A stretch of DNA of 50,580 nucleotides from an uncultured cyanobacterium (GCA_963807635.1 CAWEDJ010000065.1:1-50580), one strand, 5' to 3'. Shown: positions 19,992-31,616, counted from the first letter of the stretch. Notes: generated by a model not told the origin, from the letters alone. Translations and numbers: made by a program.

Positions 19992-22501
19992 TTAATAACC
20001 AACAATCACAATCCACATTAAGGAGGCTAAGGTAATATTCGCTAAATGCTGGGGAATTAAAAGAGTAAAGGGTTGACGAGCAATTTTTTGAGTCAGGATA
20101 AGCGAACAAATAACGCCTAAAATCAGAACGGAACCTTGTAAAAAAGCAACTACAGCAGGATGGGCAATTAAAACGGGTAGATTTTGAGCAGATAGGCCAA
20201 AGGTAGCCAAGGTTAAGGGAATAATAGTCCCCGCTTCTCCTAGTCCTAAGCGTAAGTAATGGGCTAAATTACCTGCTAAAACGAGGGGCAAATAACCGTA
20301 GGCTAATTCTAGAAAAGTTGTCCGTTTTCCTGTTGAAAAAAGTTTAATGATTTGTTGGGCTAATAGAGGGATTAGGATGGGGACACTCAAGGCAAGCATT
20401 GCGGCGAAGGAATGTGAGGTAAATTTCTCAAAGTTGAGATGTAATCCCCACTCAAAATTAATTTCGGGTAAACGACGTAAAAAGACATTATTTAATAACA
20501 AAAATAACAGCGCGACTTCATAGCTACGGGGGATATGGGTCGTCCAAAGTTCAATGCCAGGAGGACGTAAATTCACCTCTACGGAACGATGGGGACAGGC
20601 TTTTAAACAGGTCATACATAAAACACAATCGCGATTATCTTCTAGTTGGGCGGGATGGGAATAGAGGGGGCAACCATTGGTTTCTTGGCCTTCTCCTTTT
20701 TGGGGGCCGCCTTTGTAGCATTGATAGGTGGTGCATTCGGCGGAACAAGTTCCCTGTTGCGATCGCAATTCTGTCATAGAAAGTTTGGCAAACATCCCAT
20801 TCATTCCCCCGATGGGACAGAGATAACGACACCAAAATCGGCGTTCAAAAATGGCAGAACAAATCATCGCTCCCGCCGTAATAATTAATAGTAACCAGGC
20901 AGAAAGATAGGCAGTATTCGGTAAATCCCAGAGTTCTTCCCAGAGTAAAATTAGGGCAAACAGGCTAAATAAAAACCAACCTCCCCATTTTTCGGCAGTT
21001 TGTCGGGGCCATTTTTTCAGTTGACGGGGAAAGAGCCAGAGGGATAATTTTTGGGTGATTTCGCCATAGATCATGAAAGGACAAACGGCGCACCATAATC
21101 GACCGACAAAAAGAAAACTGATTAAAACTAAAGGCCACCACCAGGCCCAAAAGAAATTTAGGGCAAAATTTTCTGAACGAGTTTGGGGCCTAAAAATAAA
21201 ATGGCGACAATGAGGGGATAGACGATCGCGGTAAAACCGTAATTAATTTTGTCGGGCCACCAATCACTACGGAGAAATTTTCTCAAGACCGAATAGGCAT
21301 TTAAAAGATTTAAACGTAATTGTTTTTTCTTACTTTGAGAAGGCCAGAGGATGTCTTCGGTAATTTCCCGCGATCCCTGAAGTTGGGTCATGGCCCGATC
21401 CACTAGATTGGATAATTCCCGTAGATTATTGGGAAAATCGTAGGCTTGCAATTTTCGTAATGCTTCGGGAGTAACTGGAACAGGATCAAGTCCTTTTTTT
21501 CGACAAGCAAGAGTGATGTAATAGTTCACATACTCTTCAATATCCATTTTTCTGACTCTCAGGGGAGGAACTTTGATTTTTTGGGGAAATAGATTATCGA
21601 TTGCAGGGATGGTCGTTTCACTGATCGCAATAATACGGGCTTGGCTTTCCTTGGCTTCGGCTTCTTCGGGATCATCCTGGCGAGGGACAGGGCGATAGGT
21701 TCCTTTTTCGATTAATTCAGCGATCGCGGGTCGTAAAGCCGTAGGAAGTTCCTGAATATTATTAAAAATCATTGTTCCCTTACCGAGGGCTTCAATCAGT
21801 CCCATTCTGCCGCCCTTACGGCCAAACAAATCCGCTCCATTACTCTGCAAAGTCGCACAACTGACAATCACCAACGGTTGTTTTCGATATTCATCAGACT
21901 GAAAATGAATCAGAGCGGCAATATTATCCTTTTCTAACCCTGGTTCCCCGAAAATTAAGACCGCTTCTCGACTATCAAAGGCATCCTGAATTTGCGATCG
22001 CAACTTTTCCGCATAACGACTACTGCCCATAATCGCCCGCCTTGCCTTGGGGACAATATAGGGACGCAAAATACTTTGTCTTTCCTGTTCAAACATTAAC
22101 TGGGAAGATAATACTTGAACTTCTGAAGCGAGATATTGAGAAAATGCCTGAATAATTTGGGGATATTGTTTAACCAATTCCTGAAAAATAGACGCTTCTA
22201 GAAACCAAAATTTACAATCACTGGAACTGACAACGGTTTCTCTGACGGGTTGCTCTAGAATTAATGCTCCTAAATTAATCGCCGCCCCAGGTAATAGGCT
22301 AACTTTTTGGGATAATCTTTCTAAATGACCCAATCGCAAAATATAAAGGCCCTTTACCGATTCTTTTTCTGTCACTAAAGTTTTGTTTGCAGATAGAGAG
22401 AACGGTTGAAGATGGGGGACTATTTGATTCAAAATCTCCTCATCCAATAAACTTAACTCTGTTCTTTCTTTCAACCAATTTGTTAAATCAGTAAAGAGCA
22501 T
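19992..22501 (-). CDS. cNMP-binding + sigma54-type AAA+ + 4Fe-4S polytopic membrane protein (indel near 21185)
   Basis: N-terminal cNMP-like domain; GEPGLEKD, PPLRVR, YDFPNNLREL; rejoined frame FWAWWWP..GRLWCAVCP, WCRYLCPIG, CVLCMTCLKACP. Confidence 0.85.
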
Positions 22502-22620
22502 TTTTTGATTCTCCTAATAGGTTATTTTATTGGTATTAAATATTTTTATGTGTGTGATTAAGCTATCTTAAACTTTCTTTTTAAAACATTCTTAAAATCT
22601 TGTAGGGGTTTAGTTACAAT

Positions 22621-22713
22621 TAAGCTGACACGCTCAATCCCCCCTGCCCCCCTTGATAAGGGGGGTGTCCGTAGGACGGGGGGATCTGATAAGTTTTAAG
22701 ATCCATCTACTTA
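22621..22713. mobile_element. MITE-like element with internal GC-rich hairpins
   Basis: TAAG...CTTA ends; nested palindromes ATCCCCCC..CCCCCCTTGATAAGGGGGG..GGGGGGAT; flanked by a 13-bp direct repeat TAGGGGTTTAGTT (22603, 22712). Confidence 0.7.
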
Positions 22714-22862
22714 GGGGTTTAGTTCCTAAATCCATAGAGTATAAAATTCAAAAAAAAACAAAATTCTCAAGATGAAATAAAACCCAAAAATTGATCGGTC
22801 AAAAATCCGTTATGATCATTTAATCCCTAATTGATGGGTAGGTAATTTTAATTATATGCAGA

Positions 22863-24035
22863 ATGGATCAACTTCTTACCTCTGTTCCCACTGGCCCTTT
22901 TCAAATATCCGCCCAATCTCCATCCCCGCTTAAATTATCCTTAATCCTACCCACCTTTAATGAAAGTGGCAATATTAGCGAAATTATTAGAGTATTAAGC
23001 GATTTACTCGATTCTGCTTGGGCGGGTCGCTACGAATTAATTGTCGTCGATGATAATAGCCCCGATCGCACCTGGAAAATTGCCTTAGAGTTAACAAAAC
23101 AGTATCCCCAACTTAAGGTTTTACATCGTGAAACAGAAAAAGGGCTTTCAACGGCGGTAATTCGGGGTTGGCAAGCGGGTCAGGGAGAGATTTTAGGGGT
23201 AATTGATGCTGATCTACAACATCCTCCCGAAATTTTATTGCAACTACTCGCGGAAATGGAACGGGGCGCAGATTTGGCGATCGCGAGTCGTCATGTCGAA
23301 GGAGGCGGGGTCAGTGAATGGAGTATGATTCGTCGTTTTCTCTCTAGAGGGGCGCAGATGTTGGGCTTGGTCATTTTGCCCGAAGTGATTAATCGTTTAT
23401 CTGATCCCATGAGTGGCTTTTTTATGGTGCGCCGTAGTGCGATCGCGGGTGTTACGCTCAGTCCAGTGGGGTACAAAATTTTGATTGAAGTGGCCGCCAG
23501 GGGAAAAATTCGTTGGATTGGGGAAGTGGGCTACGTTTTTCGGGAACGGCAAACAGGGGAAAGCAAAGTTACCTGGAAGCAATACCTGGAATATCTCCAA
23601 CACCTGATCCGCCTAAGATTATCCCTATCCTCTCGCTTTATTCAATTTTGTCTGGTGGGTTTAACGGGTGTGGTAGTAGATATGGGATTGCTGTTTCTCT
23701 TGAGTGATCCAACGATGCTGGCTTGGCCCCTGACACGCAGTAAAATTATCGCCTCTGAGTTAGCCATTATTAATAATTTTCTTTGGAATGATCTCTGGAC
23801 ATTTGGGGATATTACCCGCCGTCAGCCGAGTAAAAAACAACAACTCAAACGCTTTATTAAGTTCAATTTAATTTGTTTAGCGGGTTTAGTGTTAAATGTG
23901 ATTTTGTTAAATCTCTTTTTCAATGTTTTTGGTTTAAATCGTTATCTGGCTAACTTTTGCGCGATCGCGATCGTCACTTTCTGGAATTTTTGGGTGAATC
24001 TCAAGCTAAGTTGGCGTGTCACTGAGATTACATAG
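22863..24035 (+). CDS. GT2 polyprenol-phosphate glycosyltransferase with C-terminal GtrA domain
   Basis: LPTFNE, VVDDNSPDRT, IDADLQHPPE, SDPMSGF, FRER..GESK; four C-terminal TMs. Confidence 0.9.
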   Translation: MDQLLTSVPTGPFQISAQSPSPLKLSLILPTFNESGNISEIIRVLSDLLDSAWAGRYELIVVDDNSPDRTWKIALELTKQYPQLKVLHRETEKGLSTAVIRGWQAGQGEILGVIDADLQHPPEILLQLLAEMERGADLAIASRHVEGGGVSEWSMIRRFLSRGAQMLGLVILPEVINRLSDPMSGFFMVRRSAIAGVTLSPVGYKILIEVAARGKIRWIGEVGYVFRERQTGESKVTWKQYLEYLQHLIRLRLSLSSRFIQFCLVGLTGVVVDMGLLFLLSDPTMLAWPLTRSKIIASELAIINNFLWNDLWTFGDITRRQPSKKQQLKRFIKFNLICLAGLVLNVILLNLFFNVFGLNRYLANFCAIAIVTFWNFWVNLKLSWRVTEIT

Positions 24036-24060
24036 GGAGATAAAATTTCTTCGTCAATTG

Positions 24061-24693
24061 TTACATTTCAAAATTTTCTTTAAACCATTGACGGGTAATC
24101 GGTTGGTCGATCATTAAGCCTTCCCCTCCCAAGGTCTCTAGGGGTTTTCCTTCCACACTAATCCAGACGGGCATATTGGGATCAAGACTAGAAGCAGTAT
24201 ATAAAACTTGCCCCAATCGCCCCGCCATACTTTCGCTACCACCTCCCTGGGTAAAAGCGGCTGATAAATTGAGATAAACCCCTTGAGAATTAACTTTTAG
24301 GCTCAGTAATTGAGTTCCCGACGGAATGGCTGTACTTGCGGGAATATTGGGCGTTTGGCTGAGGAGTTGCTCTAGAGCGGTCTGTAGAACCTGATCTTTA
24401 TTAGCTGATTTTTGGACAGAAACAGAGGTCGCCACAAAAGCAAGGTTGTCACTCTTCGTGCTTAACCAATAGGTTTTCGCCTGGGACTGAACAATGGTAG
24501 TTTGAGGCTTTTGGACAACCTTGGGTTTTTCAGGAATGGGGGAAGGATTAACGGTCTCAATATTTGGCGATCGCGTAGGGGAAGAGGTTAAACTTTGGAA
24601 TGCCCACCAGGCCGCGCCTGTTCCAGCGATTAGAATAGCTGTGATGATTCCCAGGGTAAAACCGATGGATTTCGGCTGATTGTTGTTGGACAT
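24061..24693 (-). CDS. GerMN domain protein
   Basis: N-terminal TM; TAIP.GT.LL, LNLS..F..GGGS.SM..RL.QVLYTASS. Confidence 0.85.
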   Translation of the reverse strand: MSNNNQPKSIGFTLGIITAILIAGTGAAWWAFQSLTSSPTRSPNIETVNPSPIPEKPKVVQKPQTTIVQSQAKTYWLSTKSDNLAFVATSVSVQKSANKDQVLQTALEQLLSQTPNIPASTAIPSGTQLLSLKVNSQGVYLNLSAAFTQGGGSESMAGRLGQVLYTASSLDPNMPVWISVEGKPLETLGGEGLMIDQPITRQWFKENFEM

Positions 24694-24787
24694 AACCCCT
24701 CCCGATTAACTTAGCGATTTAATCTAGTCTAACGTTTTTTTTGAGAGCAACTACTGATTATTGATGATTATTTAATGTGACCTTATC

Positions 24788-25924
24788 ATGTCTCGATCAC
24801 AACATTTAGTTTTAATTGGCGGTGGTCATAGTCACGCGATCGCCTTAAAAGAATGGCAAAAAAATCCGATTCCAAACGTTAAGTTAACTCTAATTACTAA
24901 TGTTTTACAAACGCCCTATTCAGGAATGTTGCCAGGCTATATCGCAGGATTTTATCGTTTTGAAGAGACTCATATTGATCTCAAAAAACTTGCCCAATTT
25001 GCTCAAACAAAATTAGTTTTGACAACAGCGATCGCCCTAGATTTAATCAAAAATCAAGTGATTTGTGCTGATTGTGCGCCCATTCGTTTTGATATTTTAT
25101 CAATTGATATCGGGAGTACACCCACTCTCCTGAATATTGTTGGTTCCGAATATGCCACCCCCGCCAAACCCGTTCCCCAATTATTAGAAGCCTGGGAGAA
25201 TCTTTTAAACTGTGTGCATCAAAATCCCGAAAAATCGATATCAATCAGTATTGTCGGGGGTGGTGCGGGGGGCGTAGAGTTGGCTTTAAATATGCAATCG
25301 CGATTACAAACCATTTTGCCGTCTCATTTAATAATCTTGCATCTCTTTCATCGGGGACAAAAATTATTAGAACATCATAATTCTTGGGTTAGTGAAAAAC
25401 TAGAAAAAATCTTGAGAGAAAGAGAAATTCAAGTGCATTTAGGCGAAACGGTTCAATCTATTCAAGCTGATGGATTAGATTTTTATAAAATCAACTGTCA
25501 ATCCAAGTTAAGTATTAAGACAAATTATATTTTTTGGGTGACCCAGGCATCTGCTCCAGATTGGATTAAACACTCGGATTTAAGTACGGATTCTTCGGGA
25601 TTTATTCTGATTAAAAATACTTTACAAACCCTTTCCCAGGAAAACATTTTTGCAACGGGAGATATTGCGACAATGCCCGATCATCCTCGTCCGAAAGCGG
25701 GCGTTTTTGCGGTTCGACAAGGAAAACCTCTAGTAGAAAATTGGCGTAATTTTTTATTCAATAAACCGTTAAAACTCTACTTTCCCCAAAAAACTTACCT
25801 GAGTTTAATTGGTATAGGGGATAAAACGGCGATCGCTTCCTGGGGAAATTGGGGCTGTCAATCCCATTATTTTTGGCAATGGAAGGATTATATTGATCGC
25901 CAATTTATGGATCAATTTATCTAA
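24788..25924 (+). CDS. FAD-dependent pyridine nucleotide-disulphide oxidoreductase (SelD N-terminal-like)
   Basis: LIGGGHSH, YSGMLPG, VGGGAGGVE, FATGD, PKAGVFAVRQG, WKDYIDR.FM. Confidence 0.85.
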   Translation: MSRSQHLVLIGGGHSHAIALKEWQKNPIPNVKLTLITNVLQTPYSGMLPGYIAGFYRFEETHIDLKKLAQFAQTKLVLTTAIALDLIKNQVICADCAPIRFDILSIDIGSTPTLLNIVGSEYATPAKPVPQLLEAWENLLNCVHQNPEKSISISIVGGGAGGVELALNMQSRLQTILPSHLIILHLFHRGQKLLEHHNSWVSEKLEKILREREIQVHLGETVQSIQADGLDFYKINCQSKLSIKTNYIFWVTQASAPDWIKHSDLSTDSSGFILIKNTLQTLSQENIFATGDIATMPDHPRPKAGVFAVRQGKPLVENWRNFLFNKPLKLYFPQKTYLSLIGIGDKTAIASWGNWGCQSHYFWQWKDYIDRQFMDQFI

Positions 25925-25940
25925 AAAAATACCTAAAAAA

Positions 25941-27266
25941 TTATGGTTTAGGCTTAGGATTATTAGCAGGATTCTCGCCCTGGCTTTCCGCATTAATCGT
26001 TTGAATTTGATTAATAAAATAATCCTCTCCATCTTCATATTTCAGCGATCGCGCCAGTGTTAGAGCTTGCTGATAGGCTCTTAAAGCAGGTGGATATTGT
26101 TTGGCTTCTTGATAAATTTGACCGATCGCTTCATAGACTTTCATTAAACCGTAATAGTTATAGGATTGTTGTTCAACTTTTAATAATTTTTGATAAATTT
26201 GAAGTGCATAATTCGGCTGATTATGATTTTTATAAAGCATTGCTAATTTTTTGAGAGCAAGACTAGCCGCACCATATTGCTGTAACGACCAACTTAGAGT
26301 AAAGGCTTCTTGATAGTTTTGGCTGGCTTTTTCGGGTTGATTGAGAGTAGCGTAATCATCTCCAATGGCAACTTTTAAATCAGAAATTAATTCTATTTTT
26401 TGATCGGTAAAATAACGATTAACTAACCTTTCTTTAATTTTAACAGCATTTTCAGGGAGAGAAGATTTTGTATAAATTTCAGCGAGTTTTTCTAAATAAA
26501 GTCCCTCATCATAGGCATTTTGTTCCATCTGGGCTTGGGCTAACAAAAGCTCATAGGTTTCGGCGGCATTAATATAGTCAAATTTTGCCAGATAAAGTTC
26601 TCCTAAAATATTTGAGGCTTGTTTTTCAGCTTTAATATTATTTTTTTCACGGGCAGTATTGCGAATTTGTTGATAAATTTGAATGGAATCATCCAAACTT
26701 CTCATCTGTTTATAAGCCTTGGAAAAAGCGGTTAAAATTGCTGGCGTTAAATTGCCATTTTGCGCTTTTTGAATGACATCCAATCGATGGTGAATGACGG
26801 CTAATTCTTCTTTTCGATTTTTTTCCCAAGCAATGCCTCCCACTCTTCCCAAGGCATCAATTTCTCCCAGGGTTTCTAAACTTTGTCGGCCCCGTAATTC
26901 CCGATACCAAATCTCGAAAGCGGCTTCTAAATTACCCGCATCCGCTTGAGATTGGGCTTCGCTGTTAAGTTTATCTAGGGCTTCTATCAATTTGCGTCTT
27001 TGCAAAGGAGTAAACGGAATTTGGGAGGGAACCAAGGGATCGGGGGGATACTGCTTCACGTCAAGGGGATCGGGTTTAGTGAGTTCGGGCTTTTTGGCGG
27101 GGGGAAACACTGGCATGGCAACCATGATCCCAGGAGTATTCGCCGCGATCGCATCTTGGCGGCTGAGTAAGCAAACTTCTCCACTGAGACACAAAATAAA
27201 CGGTAAAATCTTGGAAAAATTTTTAACAAAAGAATAAATCATAGAATCACAAAAACCTTCCCCCAT
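25941..27266 (-). CDS. tetratricopeptide repeat protein
   Basis: Repeated helical TPR-like units (LGELY, IGDDY, IGQIY..A..AYQQAL). Confidence 0.75.
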   Translation of the reverse strand: MGEGFCDSMIYSFVKNFSKILPFILCLSGEVCLLSRQDAIAANTPGIMVAMPVFPPAKKPELTKPDPLDVKQYPPDPLVPSQIPFTPLQRRKLIEALDKLNSEAQSQADAGNLEAAFEIWYRELRGRQSLETLGEIDALGRVGGIAWEKNRKEELAVIHHRLDVIQKAQNGNLTPAILTAFSKAYKQMRSLDDSIQIYQQIRNTAREKNNIKAEKQASNILGELYLAKFDYINAAETYELLLAQAQMEQNAYDEGLYLEKLAEIYTKSSLPENAVKIKERLVNRYFTDQKIELISDLKVAIGDDYATLNQPEKASQNYQEAFTLSWSLQQYGAASLALKKLAMLYKNHNQPNYALQIYQKLLKVEQQSYNYYGLMKVYEAIGQIYQEAKQYPPALRAYQQALTLARSLKYEDGEDYFINQIQTINAESQGENPANNPKPKP

Positions 27267-27341
27267 TTTGTCCTATTTTCTGACAAAATAATGGCACAAT
27301 AGACAAAAAATTAATTTAGTTGTCTCAAATCCTAACATAGC

Positions 27342-28519
27342 TTGCCTTCCCTTGATGAGATTCCCCCAATGAAAAGAATCATTTACGGACTTTTGAGTTT
27401 ATTTTTTATTATTACTCTAACTTCCTGCGAAAATTTACCCCAAGTGAGTGCAGAAGATAGACTTTTTTTAGATATTTCTTTGGACTTTTTGGGAGAATAC
27501 GAATTACCGAAACAAATCTTTCAAGAAACTAAATTTGGCGGGCTATCGGGATTAACCTATGATAGACAAAAAGACCTATTTTATGCCATTTCTGATGATC
27601 GCCAAAACCCGCGTTTCTATACCCTTAAAGTTAATTTAAAATCTGCTCAAAATAATACACCCCAGATTGATGCTATTAATATAGAAAATGTCACTTTATT
27701 AAAAGACCAAAAAGGTGAAATCTATATGCCCACGAGTATCGATCCTGAAGGGATTGCCCTCACTGCTAGGGAAACGGTGTTTATTTCTAGTGAGGGTGAT
27801 AATCGTATTAATATTGCACCATTTATCGGTGAGTTTGATTTAAGTTCAGGACAAGTTAAAAATTATTTAAGACTTCCTCAAAAATATTTACCGCCTGCTG
27901 TTGGTGAAACGGATACTCAGCCTCGCGGAATTCAAAATAATTTTAGTTTTGAGAGTTTAGCGGTTGGTTATACTAGCACCTTAAAAGATGATCCTTTTCG
28001 TCTTTTTACGGCCATTGAGAATCCCTTATTACAAGATATTTCTAAGGAAAAAACTCAAAAAGAGTTACCCCTACGTTTTTTACATTATGTGATTAATCCC
28101 ATCGGCGATCCTGTAATCGTCAGTGAGAATTTATATTTGCTTGATCCTGCTCCGAGTGGAACGATTTACAATGGATTAAGTGATATTACGACCCTCGAAA
28201 AAGAAGGCTATTTTATTAGTTTGGAGCGCAATGCGGGGCTGGCGGGCTTTGGAGCAAAACTTTTTCAAGTGGTTAATTCAAATTCAACCGATACCTCTAA
28301 GATTAGCAGTTTTAAAAATGGCGTAGAAGGAGTGGAACCACTTCGTAAAAAATTATTGTTAAATTTAGATGATTTAGAAATTGATTTAGATAATTTGGAA
28401 GGATTAGCTTTTGGCCCAAGTTATCTGATGGGAGTCAAACTTTATTGTTAGTCAGTGATGATAATTTTAGTGATCTTCAAATTACCCAATTTCTTCTTTT
28501 TAAAGTAAAAATTGCTTGA
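27342..28519 (+). CDS. esterase-like activity of phytase family lipoprotein (indel near 28420)
   Basis: Lipobox LTSC; GGLSGLTYD, AISDD, DPEGI, DNLEG; second frame LLLVSDDNF..Q.TQFL to the stop at 28519. Confidence 0.85.
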
Positions 28520-28645
28520 AGTTCATCTTTCAGGCTTGGGCATAATACCTGGGAGAGCTTTCCCCATCGAACCCAACGAGAAAACTGAATAGGTTTGTGA
28601 TAACCTAAATAGCCAGATATAAAACAAAGAAAAAAGGAACTAGGG

Positions 28646-29701
28646 ATGACGAAATTACGGGTGGGGTTACTATTTGGGGGACGCTCTGGTGAACATGAGG
28701 TCTCTATTAATTCGGCACGGGCGATCGCCAAAGCCCTAACAACGGGCAATAATCTCGAAAAATATGACGTGATTCCCTTTTATATCCAGAAAAATGGTGT
28801 TTGGCATAATCCAGAAATTGCGCGATCGCTTTTAGATGCAGGACAACCCCTAGCCGACGAAGCCATTAATAAAGCCCAACTCTGGCAATTTCCCTCGCAA
28901 GTGTCCGAAATTGACGTTTGGTTCCCCATTTTACACGGCCCCAATGGGGAAGATGGGACAATTCAAGGTTTGCTCTCCTTGATGCAAGTACCTTTTGTGG
29001 GGAGTAATGTACTGGGTTCTTGCGTCGGCATGGACAAGATTGCGATGAAAATGGCCTTTGCCCAGGCGGGTTTACCCCAAGTAAATTATGTCGCGGTTGA
29101 ACGCAGTCAAATCTGGTCAAATCCCTGTGTTTCCCCTAAACTTTGTGATGATATTGAAGAAAAAGTCGGTTATCCTTGTTTTGTTAAACCTGCTAATTTA
29201 GGATCATCGGTGGGAATTGCCAAGGTTCGCGATCGCAAAGAACTCGAAGCCGCCCTGGACAGTGCCGCCAGTTATGATCGTCGCATCATTGTGGAAGCAG
29301 GCATCAATAATATTCGCGAAGTGGAATGTGCGGTTTTAGGTAACGACAACCCAAAAGCCTCTGTTATTGGCGAAATTACCTACGATAGCGATTTCTATGA
29401 CTACGAAACCAAATATACTGACGGACGCGCCCAACTCCATATTCCCTCCCAACTTCCTGAAGCAATTGTTAGTCAAATCCAAGAAATGTCTCTCAAAGCG
29501 TTTCGGGCAGTAGATGCGGCAGGTTTATCTCGGATTGACTTTTTCTATGTAGAAAAAACGGGTGAACTTTTTATTAATGAGATTAATACTTTGCCTGGTT
29601 TTACTGCCTTTAGTATGTATCCCCAACTGTGGGGTGCGAGCGGTATTCCCTTTGTGGAATTAGTCGATCAATTGATTCAATTTGCTTTGGAAAGAGGTTA
29701 G
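28646..29701 (+). CDS. ddl: D-alanine--D-alanine ligase
   Basis: [48 protein letters not shown]. Confidence 0.96.
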   Translation: MTKLRVGLLFGGRSGEHEVSINSARAIAKALTTGNNLEKYDVIPFYIQKNGVWHNPEIARSLLDAGQPLADEAINKAQLWQFPSQVSEIDVWFPILHGPNGEDGTIQGLLSLMQVPFVGSNVLGSCVGMDKIAMKMAFAQAGLPQVNYVAVERSQIWSNPCVSPKLCDDIEEKVGYPCFVKPANLGSSVGIAKVRDRKELEAALDSAASYDRRIIVEAGINNIREVECAVLGNDNPKASVIGEITYDSDFYDYETKYTDGRAQLHIPSQLPEAIVSQIQEMSLKAFRAVDAAGLSRIDFFYVEKTGELFINEINTLPGFTAFSMYPQLWGASGIPFVELVDQLIQFALERG

Positions 29702-29802
29702 TCGGCTTTTAAAAAATCTGATAGTCGCGATCGCCATTTTCTTATTTTCGATACTAAAATAGAAGCTAAAGTAAGTCATTTTTAAAATTCTCATCAAATG
29801 TT

Positions 29803-30255
29803 ATGGCTGTTGTTAGTAATCTTAAACGACTCTATGAAATTGATGATTCTCAGTGGTTAGAAGAAATGATCGAACTACTGAAGAAACGTCAATTTGAAAA
29901 TTTAGATCTGGAAAATTTAATTGAGGAGCTAACAGATTTGGGAAGTGAAAAGAAAAACGCTGTTGTTAGTCTCCTAGAGCAGGTTATTCGGCATTTATTA
30001 TTGTTAGAATATTGGACGGCAGAACGAGAACAAAATCAAGCACATTGGGAATCAGAGATCGTTAGTTTTCGGACGCAATTAAGAAGAAGAATGACGACTA
30101 ACTTACGCAATCATTTAATCAATGAATTACGATCAATTTATCAAGATGCTCTGATTTATGTAAGAACTAAAACCCGTTTCAAGGTTGATTTTCCTCGAAG
30201 TTGTCCTTATAGTCTTGAGCAATTACTAGACATCAATTATTTTTCACAAATATAA
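29803..30255 (+). CDS. DUF29 family protein
   Basis: LYEIDD..W, LDLENLIEEL, HLLLL.YW, FP..CPYSLEQLLD. Confidence 0.9.
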   Translation: MAVVSNLKRLYEIDDSQWLEEMIELLKKRQFENLDLENLIEELTDLGSEKKNAVVSLLEQVIRHLLLLEYWTAEREQNQAHWESEIVSFRTQLRRRMTTNLRNHLINELRSIYQDALIYVRTKTRFKVDFPRSCPYSLEQLLDINYFSQI

Positions 30256-30334
30256 AAAAATAATTTCGTTTAGTAGATTTTTTTTACAAAATAAAGTACC
30301 TTAAATTAGGCTAGTTTTTCTTATCAATTATCCT

Positions 30335-30685
30335 TTAATTTTCGCCATCCGAGGGAGATAGGTTTTCTTTTTGAAAGCCTTGAATAATCAATTGAATCGC
30401 TAATAAAATCAAGCCGATCGCGACAAAACCAAAAATAAACGTTGCCATCGAAGCGACTCCCACCACCAAAGTCCGCACGGCGGAACCAATTTTAATGACC
30501 AATACATTATCCGAAGTAATCGGTTTCTTCGCAAAAGTTGACGCGATCGCGTAGGTGAGGGAATACAAACCTGTGGCCAAGCCGCCCGCCATCACCGATC
30601 CGACTAAACAACGGAGGGGCGTAACGTCTTTTTTTTCGGCTTCGATTGGGGTAGTTTCGGTGATTTCACTTTCTTTCTTCTTCAT
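30335..30685 (-). CDS. conserved cyanobacterial membrane protein (DUF3082-like)
   Basis: TPLRCL.GS, IGSAVRTLVVG...ATFIFG...GL.LLAIQ. Confidence 0.75.
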   Translation of the reverse strand: MKKKESEITETTPIEAEKKDVTPLRCLVGSVMAGGLATGLYSLTYAIASTFAKKPITSDNVLVIKIGSAVRTLVVGVASMATFIFGFVAIGLILLAIQLIIQGFQKENLSPSDGEN

Positions 30686-30905
30686 TCGCACCTGATTAAA
30701 CGAGGTTTGCCTATCGATCAAATCATAACTTATCTTTTGTCCCCTGCTATCGAATCTGTTCATTAGTCTTCAGAATGATCTTCTTAGCCTATAAAATATA
30801 ATTGTGTTTAAAGTCGCGATCACCAAAACCTAAAATTGACGAAAAATCTGCTAATTTCTGAAAAATATCTTCCTATTCACACTTCTGTTCCCAAATTTTT
30901 ATTGT

Positions 30906-31412
30906 ATGAAAGTAATTCATTGGCTCGCTAAAGAATCTAAAAAAGTTGGAATTTTAGCCTTGTTTTTCACAATTTGTTTTGTTTATATTTTTATTGTGAT
31001 GAACTTATTTTTAAAAACCTATTCTATTGATACCTACGGCATTTCCAAAGTTATTGTTGGTTCTTTATTTGCGGCAAAAGCTATTTTGATTTTAGATAAA
31101 ACTCCTTTTATTAATCAATTTAGGCAATTTCCTCGTTATGTTCATTTGTTTTATAAAACTTTCCTTTATACGACTGCTGTTGCGCTGATGGGAGTATTAG
31201 AAGGAATAATTCACAGTTACGGAGAAACCCATCAATGGACGGATGCTTTCAGAATTTTTTTAGAGAGTAAAAATCTAAATTCCTACATTGCAACAAATTT
31301 ATGTGTTGGAGTTGTCTTTTTTATTTATAGCATTCAAACTGAATTGGAAAATAAATTTGGGGAAGGTTGGATGGGTAAATTTTTTCTAACCTCTTCTGAT
31401 GACGTGACGTAA
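30906..31412 (+). CDS. hypothetical 4-TM membrane protein
   Basis: 168-aa ORF with four hydrophobic stretches. Confidence 0.65.
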   Translation: MKVIHWLAKESKKVGILALFFTICFVYIFIVMNLFLKTYSIDTYGISKVIVGSLFAAKAILILDKTPFINQFRQFPRYVHLFYKTFLYTTAVALMGVLEGIIHSYGETHQWTDAFRIFLESKNLNSYIATNLCVGVVFFIYSIQTELENKFGEGWMGKFFLTSSDDVT

Positions 31413-31514
31413 TTATTAGATTTTTCAGAAAATAAAATATTTTGGAAATAAATTTTAGGAGCTTACCCTAATTCGCTATATTGATTCACAGGGTTAATAA
31501 AATGAATGTTACAA

Positions 31515-31616
31515 TAAGCTGTCACAAATTTAGATTGCATAATAATTTTGCTGAAAGTATTGTAACAAGAGGCTTAAGCCCCTTGCCTGTATGCTTTTTA
31601 GATAATTAACAGCTTA
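31515..31616. mobile_element. IS630-type MITE with REP-like palindrome
   Basis: Ends TAAGCTGT/ACAGCTTA resemble the IS630 at 49398-50580; internal CAAGAGGCTTAAGCCCCTTG at 31566-31585. Confidence 0.7.

Noticed and set aside
24788..25924. Selenophosphate synthetase / selenium system
   Set aside because: Only the oxidoreductase module is present, with no SelD domain, and the nearby gpx encodes Cys (TGC), not Sec.
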